DNA from: an uncultured bacterium
Lineage (GTDB): Bacteria > Verrucomicrobiota > Verrucomicrobiia > Verrucomicrobiales > DEV007
Reading direction: 5' to 3'
Length of the DNA stretch: 64,000 nucleotides
NCBI GenBank assembly: GCA_963977015.1
Contig: CAXBMO010000004.1
Span: 224,001-288,000, forward strand
Shown here: positions 1 through 8,028 of the stretch, piece by piece
Position numbering within the stretch: position 1 is the stretch's first letter
Layout: every line of letters starts with the position of its first letter
Made by a program: the position numbers and the translations under genes
The notes under the pieces: model-generated
Database searches by the model: none
What the model saw: the letters and a program-made list of their open reading frames with translations, nothing else
What the model was told of the DNA's origin: nothing

Positions 1-1869
1 GAACTTCAGCCCGCACCGGATACTTCGGAATCCACTCCAGCCCCCGCTCCCGATCCTTCGGATCAGGAAGAGCTGACCAGCATTCAGACCAATGGCGTCA
101 TCTTCAATTTCACCAACGTCGGCGGCGGCATCGCTTCCACCGAGCTACTCAAGTTTGACAAAACGCTGGATTCCAAAGCGCACGTCGTTTTCAATCGCTA
201 TGACGGAGCAAAACATCGCACCCCGATTGGCTCCATCGGGAAAGGATTCGGCGCATTGGGCTACGGTCGCGATTTCGAGAACCTCCCGTATTCCCTGCAA
301 TCCAAAGAAAAGGAATCCGTTACCTATGCCGTAACGCGCCCTGACGGTCTCGCCGTTGAAAAGACCTACCGCGTTCATCACGATGCCGATGAGATCAAGG
401 GTGAAGACGGTCACATCGTCGATTTGGAACTGCGCCTGACCAATTCCGGCGACTCCCCAATCGCGCTTCAACAATACTCACTGTATGGTGGGTCCGCCGC
501 GCCCTTGAATGCTCGACGCGGCATGTGGAGCGGGTTTTTCTGGCAGAATGGGAAGAAATCCAACTACAAGCCGGTCACCTGGTTCAACAAGTTCCTCTTC
601 TTCAAACAGGAGCAGGAATACATTGAACACCAGACGCCAGACTTGAAATGGGGTGGCGTCAGCAACCAGTTTTTTGCGAGCATCGTCCGCCCGGTTGAGC
701 CAATCGATGGCGTGTATTGGTCCGGGCGATTCCCCTTCGTGGTTGATGGACAGGAAGCCGTCTCCCAAAAGATGCGCGTGGCCGGCGTGGAGTGTGCGCT
801 GGGTTTACCCAAACAAGACCTGGCCCCGGGCGAAACTCGCGTCGTCAATTACGAAATTTACGTTGGTCCGAAGGAATTCGCCCGTCTTGCCCGCCTCCCT
901 GCCGAGCAAAAGGCGGTTATGGGTTATGACAAGATCCCAGTCATGGGCCCCATTTTTGGCTGGGTGATCAAGCCCTTCGCCGAGACCCTGAACCGCATTC
1001 TGGTCTTCTTTGCCGACAAGACCGGCAATTTCGGCATCGCGATCATCCTGCTCACGATCGTGGTTCGCCTCTGCATGTGGCCGCTTCACGCCAAGGCCCA
1101 CCAAACCTCCAAACGAATGGCAGCGCTGACTCCCAAGCTGAATGAGTTGCGCGAGAAGTATCCCGATGATCCGCAACGCATGCAGCAGGAGCAAATGAAG
1201 CTCTGGGGGCAATACGGCATCAACCCCATGGGAGGCTGCCTCCCCGCCATCCTCCAAATCCCGATTTTCATCGGTTACTTCCGCATGCTGCTCAGCGCGG
1301 TTGAAGTTCGGCATCAGCCATTTGCCCTTTGGCTTAACGATTTGTCGATGCCGGACACCCTTGGCCACGTCTGGGAATGGGTCCCGATGATTGGAGGAGC
1401 TCCCATCAACCTGCTGCCGTTCCTCATGGCTGGAACCAGCTACCTTCAATTTGCGTTGATGCCCAAAACCGGGGACAAAACGCAGCGGATGATGTTCATG
1501 ATGTTCCCGCTCATGTTCCTTGTCTTCTGTTACCGCTATCCTTCAGCCCTGGCCCTCTACTGGACGATGCAGAACATCATTTCGATCTTCCAAACCTGGA
1601 TTCTCAACAAGCGCCCGGCTCCTGAGCTGAAAAAGGTCAAAAAATCCAACAAGAAGACGTGGTTCGAACGACTTCAGGAACAAGCCGAAGCCGCGCAAAA
1701 AGCGCAAGCAGCCCAGAAAAAAGGGCAAAGCCCAGCTGCAGCCAGCGCGGCAGCGTCGGGCGGTTCAGGTTCGACCAACTTCGGCGAAAAGGGCCCACGA
1801 AAGCAGAAGCCCAAGAGCAAGCAATCGCGCTCCCGGGCAAAGAGCAGCAAGCGAAAACGCAAGCGCTAG
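1..1869 (+). CDS. yidC: Membrane protein insertase YidC, 5'-truncated by the window edge
   Basis: Frame 1 is open from base 1 (ELQPAPD...FNFTNVGGGI). Motifs: GNFGIAIILLTIVVR, PKLNELREKY, INPMGGCLP, WLNDLSMPD, ALALYW. Long basic C-terminal tail. Confidence 0.97.
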   Translation, partial: ELQPAPDTSESTPAPAPDPSDQEELTSIQTNGVIFNFTNVGGGIASTELLKFDKTLDSKAHVVFNRYDGAKHRTPIGSIGKGFGALGYGRDFENLPYSLQSKEKESVTYAVTRPDGLAVEKTYRVHHDADEIKGEDGHIVDLELRLTNSGDSPIALQQYSLYGGSAAPLNARRGMWSGFFWQNGKKSNYKPVTWFNKFLFFKQEQEYIEHQTPDLKWGGVSNQFFASIVRPVEPIDGVYWSGRFPFVVDGQEAVSQKMRVAGVECALGLPKQDLAPGETRVVNYEIYVGPKEFARLARLPAEQKAVMGYDKIPVMGPIFGWVIKPFAETLNRILVFFADKTGNFGIAIILLTIVVRLCMWPLHAKAHQTSKRMAALTPKLNELREKYPDDPQRMQQEQMKLWGQYGINPMGGCLPAILQIPIFIGYFRMLLSAVEVRHQPFALWLNDLSMPDTLGHVWEWVPMIGGAPINLLPFLMAGTSYLQFALMPKTGDKTQRMMFMMFPLMFLVFCYRYPSALALYWTMQNIISIFQTWILNKRPAPELKKVKKSNKKTWFERLQEQAEAAQKAQAAQKKGQSPAAASAAASGGSGSTNFGEKGPRKQKPKSKQSRSRAKSSKRKRKR

Positions 1870-2003
1870 TCTGGCCCAGGTGCGAAACGCACCGGTTTCA
1901 TCGTCTGCGCGACTCTGAATTTTTCACTCTGAAAGATTCGGGGGATCCGCATTCCGGGAACGCCGAGCCAATGGATACCGAGCGCTCCCGCAGAGCCAAG
2001 AGT

Positions 2004-2052
2004 GCGCCATTTTGACCCTTTTCTGGATTCAGAATTCGTGTCAGTTTGGCGC
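2004..2052. promoter_or_regulatory. Pair of inverted operator/enhancer-like sites upstream of hsp20
   Basis: GCGCCA-TTT-TGACC (2004-2017) and TGTCA-GTT-TGGCGC (2039-2052) are near reverse complements of each other. Confidence 0.45.
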
Positions 2053-2141
2053 TAATTGCACTCCAACCCCACTCCTGAGGACGGTTTGAAATCGTCATAT
2101 TTCCCTCACAGTTAACGCCTTAAGCTTCAGGCCGCGAGCAT

Positions 2142-2157
2142 TGGACTGGTTTATGCT
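2142..2157 (+). promoter_or_regulatory. Putative sigma54 (-24/-12) promoter of the hsp20 pair
   Basis: TGGACTGGTTTATGCT has GG and GC at exact -24/-12 spacing, 60 nt before the ATG. The rest of the consensus match is imperfect. Confidence 0.45.
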
Positions 2158-2216
2158 TCTTGAATGGCCAATTCGGATAACTCCGAACCTATTTCAAAAA
2201 CCAAACCCATAATCCA

Positions 2217-2648
2217 ATGACACTTCTAAGACCCGAATTGTATCGCTCCAATAGCCTTGAAAGCTTGTTGCATGATGTCTTCTCCAACGGAGACCCGTTC
2301 TTCAGCTACAGACCTGAAGCTGCCCGCTCGGGATTCTCGCGAAAAGACTGGTCAAAACTTCGAGCTGATTTCTTCGAAGGACCCGACGGCTTTCACACCG
2401 TCTTCGAGCTCCCCGGCGTCAGCAAAAGCGACGTGAACCTCGAACTCGAAAACTCGGTCTTGCGCGTCAGCGGCACCCTCAAGGAAAAACGCGGCGAAGA
2501 CGAAACCAACTATCAGTTCAGTCGTTCCCTGGCCGTTCCTGACGAAGTGGACCCGAGCAAAATCAGTGCCGAGATGAAAGACGGCCTCCTGACCATCAAT
2601 CTTCCGAAGCGCGAAGAAACGAAGGCCCGAACCATCGAGGTTAAGTAA
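2217..2648 (+). CDS. Hsp20/alpha-crystallin small heat shock protein
   Basis: ELPGVSKSDV, FSRSLAVP, ISAEMKDGLLTINLPK, ARTIEV (IxI/V motif). Confidence 0.95.
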   Translation: MTLLRPELYRSNSLESLLHDVFSNGDPFFSYRPEAARSGFSRKDWSKLRADFFEGPDGFHTVFELPGVSKSDVNLELENSVLRVSGTLKEKRGEDETNYQFSRSLAVPDEVDPSKISAEMKDGLLTINLPKREETKARTIEVK

Positions 2649-2708
2649 TCGAATCCAACCTCTCTTAACAACCGTAAATCACTTCACAGCAAACTGGAGG
2701 ACCCTAAC

Positions 2709-3083
2709 ATGAGTATACCCCTAGCTGAAAACGAGCTCCGGACTCAGGAGCCAACCCAAACCTTCCGCCGTCCCAATTATGACGTGAGCGAGTCGGAAGA
2801 CCACTATCAACTGCGCGTCTTGATGCCCGGCGTTCCCAAAGAGGGCGTCAACGTCGCCCTCAATGGCCGGCATTTGGAAGTCGGTGGAACCCGCAGCCAA
2901 AAGCCCGGCGAAGACTGGCGTCCCATTCTAAGCGAACTGAATTGGGACGATTACAAGCTGAACCTTGAGTTGAATGTCGCCGTCAACGAAGACGCGATTG
3001 ATGCCAATGTCAGCGATGGCTTGCTGAGCTTGACCCTTCCAAAACCGGAAGAGGAAAAGCCGCGAACCATCCCGATTCACTAA
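2709..3083 (+). CDS. Hsp20/alpha-crystallin small heat shock protein (second, divergent copy)
   Basis: PNYDVSE, MPGVPKEGV, IDANVSDGLLSLTLPK, PRTIPI. GGAGG ribosome-binding site upstream. Confidence 0.93.
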   Translation: MSIPLAENELRTQEPTQTFRRPNYDVSESEDHYQLRVLMPGVPKEGVNVALNGRHLEVGGTRSQKPGEDWRPILSELNWDDYKLNLELNVAVNEDAIDANVSDGLLSLTLPKPEEEKPRTIPIH

Positions 3084-3100
3084 CCTTGCCCAAGCCCAAC

Positions 3101-3140
3101 TGGCCGCTCCCGGCAACTGAATGTTCAGCGGGAGCGGCCA
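3101..3140 (+). terminator. Strong hairpin after the hsp20 pair (terminator or stability element)
   Basis: 12-bp stem TGGCCGCTCCCG / CGGGAGCGGCCA. No U-tract. Confidence 0.45.
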
Positions 3141-3239
3141 CATTCCTCCATTCGAATCAATCTTCATGTTCTACTTGGTGGACGCGGGCAGGCGCTTGGT
3201 TCGGATTCTTGCTTTTCCCTTCCAGAGCCTGCCCGCCAG

Positions 3240-3295
3240 GGGGCGTTTGAAAATGATGACGGACGCGCAAGTTTTTCCTCATTTTCAAACACCCC
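3240..3295. repeat. 56-bp element with 17-bp terminal inverted repeats (MITE/REP-like)
   Basis: GGGGCGTTTGAAAATGA ... TCATTTTCAAACACCCC, 16 of 17 positions complementary. Confidence 0.5.
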
Positions 3296-3339
3296 TAAGC
3301 TTTTGAAATCTTTCCCTGCCGTTTTCGTCTGAGAAACTG

Positions 3340-3789
3340 ATGAAGACTTCCTTCAGCAATCAACCTCACCATCCATCCAACATCGAGCTTTCCAGCGGTG
3401 TGACCCGACTCCTGGCAGCCAACCGCAAACTGGCAAACCAGCTCCAGCCGTCCGACCCCAGAAACGATCAGGCCCGCGACCGTCTCGAAACCGTGAAGGC
3501 TTCACTTTCCCCGCTTCTCAAAACGCTCAACGACGACCTGGCCCATTTTTCGGGTCTGGCCGCGATCCAACAACCCGGGACAAAATTGCATCTCCGCAGC
3601 ATCATCACTCGTGGTGAGCAGGCGATCGTCCGCCAAACCCGGATTTTGCGCGAGGAAACTGCATTTCGCCCACTGATTGCCTGCGTCGATGACCTGACCG
3701 AGCTCTATCTCGATTTTGCATCGGCATTGGGCTCCGCGCTGGATCCGCAAATTCCCGCTCAGGATCCGAACACGCGAAACGCCGCCTGA
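3340..3789 (+). CDS. Hypothetical helical protein
   Basis: 149-aa ATG-started ORF filling the gap before jag. No recognised motif. Confidence 0.55.
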   Translation: MKTSFSNQPHHPSNIELSSGVTRLLAANRKLANQLQPSDPRNDQARDRLETVKASLSPLLKTLNDDLAHFSGLAAIQQPGTKLHLRSIITRGEQAIVRQTRILREETAFRPLIACVDDLTELYLDFASALGSALDPQIPAQDPNTRNAA

Positions 3790-3862
3790 TTTCCGAGCTT
3801 TTTCGCACGGAGAGAAAAATCCCGTTTGGGAATCTCCCAAAATCTGTCTAGGCTGCTTGTCC

Positions 3863-4327
3863 ATGAATCACGTAGCTGCCGCGAAGCAAATTCTCGACAC
3901 GATGTTGGGCTACCTCGGCTTTGTCGTGGAAATCGAGATCGACACCTCACGCCCCGATCCCTGTCTTCAAGTCTCGACCAGCGAGGGCGATGTGTTGATC
4001 GGACGCTATGGCGACCGTCTCGATGACATCCAGTATCTCGTGAATCGCCTGCTGCAGAATCAGGACGCGACCGCACCGCGCATCCGCGTTGATATCAATT
4101 TCTACCGCTCGATGAACGAGGACAAGCTCGTTGAAGAGGCGGAAAGACTTGCCCAGAGGGTTCTTAATACCGGCAAGCCGGTCAAAACACGCCCCCTCAA
4201 TTCCTATCATCGGCGGATCGTCCACAATCACTTCGAAGGGAACGACAAGCTCAGCACCTTCAGTCCCAAAGGCCAGGAACGGCTCAAGCAGATCGAAATC
4301 TCGCTCAAGAAAGACGAGAAAGAGTGA
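3863..4327 (+). CDS. jag: Jag/KhpB(EloR)-like RNA-binding protein (KH + R3H)
   Basis: LIGRYGDRLDDIQYLVN (KH) and PLNSYHRRIVH (R3H). Lies downstream of yidC. Start moved to ATG 3863. Confidence 0.88.
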   Translation: MNHVAAAKQILDTMLGYLGFVVEIEIDTSRPDPCLQVSTSEGDVLIGRYGDRLDDIQYLVNRLLQNQDATAPRIRVDINFYRSMNEDKLVEEAERLAQRVLNTGKPVKTRPLNSYHRRIVHNHFEGNDKLSTFSPKGQERLKQIEISLKKDEKE

Positions 4328-5847
4328 AGCGTCTCGCAACGCTGGCAACGCGACTGCACACGCGAACGATCATCGTTTCGCTGATTCTCGTCGGGATCGC
4401 CATTTTTGCCTTCTGGCTGCAAAACCGCGATCCGTTTTACGCCTCGCCCAAGGCGATCCGCGACGATATGGCGTCGATTTTTTTGACGACCTGGCAGGCG
4501 TATCTGCACGAAAAACCTGACGATGTCCAACTCCCGAACGTTGCGGAGATGCCCGCCGCGATGGTTCTGGACTATCCCAAATCGAAGGTGGTGAATCTGC
4601 AAACCAACCCGCTGGTCGATCCCCGGACACCGCCGCCGATTACGGCGGTAATGGCAGACGAAAACGGACTGGCGAGCTTGCCGGGCGGGAGCAAACTCCG
4701 CCTCGAGGCCATCGCGATCAGCATTCCGCGTTCGGACGATCCTCTCACGCCGGAGAACGACTCTGAGGAAGCGCTCGCGTTTCGCACCCCGGCAGGCAAG
4801 CTGCTTTCAGCTCAGGAGCTGGACGCGCTTCACGTTCCTGTGGGAGGCCGGTCCGTTTCGCGAGCCATGCGCTGGTTTCCGATGATTCGCCTCGTCTTTC
4901 GGAGTGAGAATTTGGAATTTCACCGCGTCACCCAGTGGCGCGCATTCGACGAACGAACCCAGGCCAACGTCACCCAGGCTCTCGGGGTGGTTCCGGCCGA
5001 AGATCCGGCCTTGTTGATTCTCGATACCGACCTCAGCATTTGGCACGACACTCCGGTTCTGATCTCGCTGCAATTCCCCTGCGGCCAGCCCCGGATCATT
5101 CCTCTCGATCTCCGGCAAAGCTCCGACGTCGCGCTCGCTCCTCATGCCCGGTTTCAACTGGTCGATGCCGTCGACGGCAAGGTTTTTGGCGCGTTGCCGA
5201 AAGGTCGTGCGTTTCACCTTCCCATCGAACAACAGGGAACCGTCACCACCTTTGTCCATCGCACGTTTCCGCAGACTTGGGCCGAACAAACGATGTTGCG
5301 CGTGCGACGAAAACCCGGTGTCATCGATGATACTGAGCAATGGCTCCCCGCAGACGTGGCCTCGGATCTCGGGTTGGTCTCCGTCGAGTGGCCGCGGGAC
5401 GAAATCGAAGACCTGAGCGTCGTCTTTCTCCCTCACATGGCACGAGCGCTCTTCCGACTCCCTTCGCTTCCCGAAATGCCGAATTCGCGAGAACTGGGCA
5501 ACCTCTTCGACGCAAAGATCCCGCGCCTCTATCTACCTGGCGACGCCAACGATCGTCGCAGCCAGGACCTGGCCTGGATCATCCTCAATATCGTTGCCGG
5601 TGCGACCGAAACGGAAATGGATCACCTTACCGGAACTCCCGTCATGGATGTTCCGGACGACTACTGGCCCAAGCTCTTTCTCGACACCTCTCCACGCCAA
5701 TTATTGGCCGAATATCAACGTTATGCGCGGGATCCCTATGTCCATGTCAGTCGCCACGATCAGCAACTGCGTTTTCATCGGCCCGAACCGTGGATGCTCA
5801 AGGTGGAGCAATGGTGGTATGCCAATGGGCCGGATTGGTTGAACTGA
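4324..5847 (+). CDS. Hypothetical membrane-anchored protein
   Basis: 507 aa, one N-terminal TM segment (IIVSLILVGIAIFAFWL). GTGA overlap with the jag stop. Confidence 0.7.
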   Translation: MKRLATLATRLHTRTIIVSLILVGIAIFAFWLQNRDPFYASPKAIRDDMASIFLTTWQAYLHEKPDDVQLPNVAEMPAAMVLDYPKSKVVNLQTNPLVDPRTPPPITAVMADENGLASLPGGSKLRLEAIAISIPRSDDPLTPENDSEEALAFRTPAGKLLSAQELDALHVPVGGRSVSRAMRWFPMIRLVFRSENLEFHRVTQWRAFDERTQANVTQALGVVPAEDPALLILDTDLSIWHDTPVLISLQFPCGQPRIIPLDLRQSSDVALAPHARFQLVDAVDGKVFGALPKGRAFHLPIEQQGTVTTFVHRTFPQTWAEQTMLRVRRKPGVIDDTEQWLPADVASDLGLVSVEWPRDEIEDLSVVFLPHMARALFRLPSLPEMPNSRELGNLFDAKIPRLYLPGDANDRRSQDLAWIILNIVAGATETEMDHLTGTPVMDVPDDYWPKLFLDTSPRQLLAEYQRYARDPYVHVSRHDQQLRFHRPEPWMLKVEQWWYANGPDWLN

Positions 5848-6001
5848 GAGGCCAGATTCCAAGTTCAGGGCCCGCCGAGGACCGACAATTCTGTCACTCT
5901 CCTCCCCCGTTTTCCCTCGAATGAAGTGAATCCCCTAAATTTGACCTTTACACACTGACTTAAATCTAGAGGATCAGCAACGGACTAACCGGGCCTAAAA
6001 C

Positions 6002-7894
6002 ATGGAACTCTACTACCCCAAAGCACAACAGAATCGCTTCGGCAAAATGAAGACGATCGGTAACTACCGAAACGGTCACCCTGAGGGTGCGATCGTCCAC
6101 TTCACGGCAGGCGCCCTCAATGGCGACAACGCCGTCAAGTATGGCGTCAATCAAAACAGCTACTGCTACTACGTGATCGGACCCGATGGGACCGTGTATC
6201 AGAACTTTCCGCTCAATCGCTGGGGATACCATGCCGGAAAAAGTTCCTATCCCGGACTTGGGAGCGGCGTCAGCACCAAGCTCGTCGGCATCGAGGTCGT
6301 GTGCGCGGGACGCGTGACCAAACAGAGCGACGGGACTTACAAACCGTGGTTTAACCTCAAACTGAGTGAGGATCAGGTTCGCAAGGTGAGTTCCCGGCAA
6401 AACGTCAAGGGGGGCACCTATCACAAATACACCGACGCCCAGGAAACCGCGTTGGTGGAATTGCTCCAATGGCTGAAGAGCAACGCTCCTGACATTTTCT
6501 CCTTCGAAAACGTTTTGGGTCACGACGAAGTGGCTCCCTCCCGCAAAGATGATCCGGGTGGGTCTCTTTCGATCTCGATGCCGGAGTTTCGGCGCTACCT
6601 GAAAAAATCCGCCGGTGAAGTCGTGGAATCCGACCAGCCCGAAGAGGCACTTCCCCGGTTGCGCTATGCACCACGGGATTATCTGCCCGACATCGAAAAA
6701 TTCCAGAAAGCTGCCAGTCAATACCCTGGCATTGATCTGAAGCCGGATGGCTATGGCGGAAAAAACACCTCGGATGCACTCTACATCATCACCGGGTACT
6801 ACCTGCGGGGTGACGCACGAGCGAAGAACGAACCCAACACCACTCCTCCCGCGGAGGAAAAGCCGGCAAGGCCGGCTTCAGGTCCCGTGCGCCTGCGGAT
6901 TGGCCGACAAATCGTCGATTGGGAAGCTCGCCGCGACAGCAATGGCAACATCAAGATCTACACGCTTCCTTCGAACGACGGAGGTGGAAAATACGAAGTC
7001 GCCGGAATCAACGACCGCTACCACAAGGAGACCGTTGACAAGTTGGTTTCGCTGATCAACGCCGGGCAATACAGGAAAGCGGAAGAAGCTGCCGCACTTC
7101 ACATTGCCACCTACACCGACAAAGTGACCGACTGGGTCAAAAATCCCGGTGTCGAAGCCTTCCTCCGCGACAGCGCCTTCAACCGTGGGCCGACCGGCTC
7201 AGCCCGCATTCTTCAGATTGCTCTCGGCGTAACCGCTGACGGCAAAGTCGGTCCCAAAACCAAGGCGGCCATTGCAATCCTTGAAAAGGATCCCGTCGCC
7301 CTGCTCCAAAAGCTGCGTGACGCCCGCGAAAGTTACGAGCGGCGCTACATGGGATACCGCGCCAACTTCTGGAAAGGGCTCGTCAATCGCTGGAACAAGG
7401 CCCACGCCTTTGGTCTGAGCCTGATTCGCGGCGCCAAAGACGAAACCAAGCTGGCGGAACTGAAGCTGACCGAGGAGGCCGATTTGATCACGAAAGACGA
7501 GGAAACCATCATCGCGGATCCGCAGGAACCACCCTTGTTCCCACCGCTTTGTTACGCTCCGGCAACGTTCACCGCCGTTGCTCAAAAATCTCAGATGTTC
7601 GGCATCAGTCTGGGCTATGAGTTGGAGGACGACGGAATGTCCGGAGAGAGCACGTCTGATTTCTTCAAAGATCTGACCGGCTACTACCTGGCCTACGATC
7701 CCCGCATCAATGGCGGCACCATCGAGCAGGCCGAACCGGATGCGGAAGCGGCCCTTCCCTCGACCGAAAGCGAAGACGCTCCCGCGATGCCTCCCAAGGA
7801 GGAAATCAAGGTGCCGGAAGCTGCAACCGTTCACCCTGATGAGGTCGCCGCTGCTCCGGAAGCATCGGCATCGACCTCCAGCGCGGTCGCCTGA
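6002..7894 (+). CDS. Multidomain peptidoglycan hydrolase: Amidase_2 + repeat + GH108-like muramidase/PG_binding_3 + repeat
   Basis: Amidase_2 motifs IVHFTAG, YHAG, VGIE, LGHDEV..KDDPG. GH108-like motifs DGGG.YEVAGIN, DSAFNRG, LQIALGVTADGKVGPKT, FWKGLVNR. Confidence 0.85.
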   Translation: MELYYPKAQQNRFGKMKTIGNYRNGHPEGAIVHFTAGALNGDNAVKYGVNQNSYCYYVIGPDGTVYQNFPLNRWGYHAGKSSYPGLGSGVSTKLVGIEVVCAGRVTKQSDGTYKPWFNLKLSEDQVRKVSSRQNVKGGTYHKYTDAQETALVELLQWLKSNAPDIFSFENVLGHDEVAPSRKDDPGGSLSISMPEFRRYLKKSAGEVVESDQPEEALPRLRYAPRDYLPDIEKFQKAASQYPGIDLKPDGYGGKNTSDALYIITGYYLRGDARAKNEPNTTPPAEEKPARPASGPVRLRIGRQIVDWEARRDSNGNIKIYTLPSNDGGGKYEVAGINDRYHKETVDKLVSLINAGQYRKAEEAAALHIATYTDKVTDWVKNPGVEAFLRDSAFNRGPTGSARILQIALGVTADGKVGPKTKAAIAILEKDPVALLQKLRDARESYERRYMGYRANFWKGLVNRWNKAHAFGLSLIRGAKDETKLAELKLTEEADLITKDEETIIADPQEPPLFPPLCYAPATFTAVAQKSQMFGISLGYELEDDGMSGESTSDFFKDLTGYYLAYDPRINGGTIEQAEPDAEAALPSTESEDAPAMPPKEEIKVPEAATVHPDEVAAAPEASASTSSAVA

Positions 7895-7925
7895 CCGTTT
7901 CGACAAATCATTTCTGTCATTTGAG

Positions 7926-7954
7926 AAAAGCCCCGGAATTTTCCGGGGCTTTTT
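7926..7954 (+). terminator. Rho-independent terminator
   Basis: AAAAGCCCCGG-AATTTT-CCGGGGCTTTTT. Confidence 0.85.
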
Positions 7955-8028
7955 GGTGCAAGGAACCGTTCCCTGCCCGCCAACTCTTGAAAAGTCGGCG
8001 AGGTTGCTTTCGTGGATAGGGCAAACCC

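Noticed and set aside
1978-2080. Possible CIRCE (HrcA) operator before hsp20
   Set aside because: GCACTC- and GAGTGC-like half-sites are present but not in the TTAGCACTC-N9-GAGTGCTAA arrangement.
5848-8028. Prophage remnant around the lysin gene
   Set aside because: No holin, structural, integrase or att-like features on either side.
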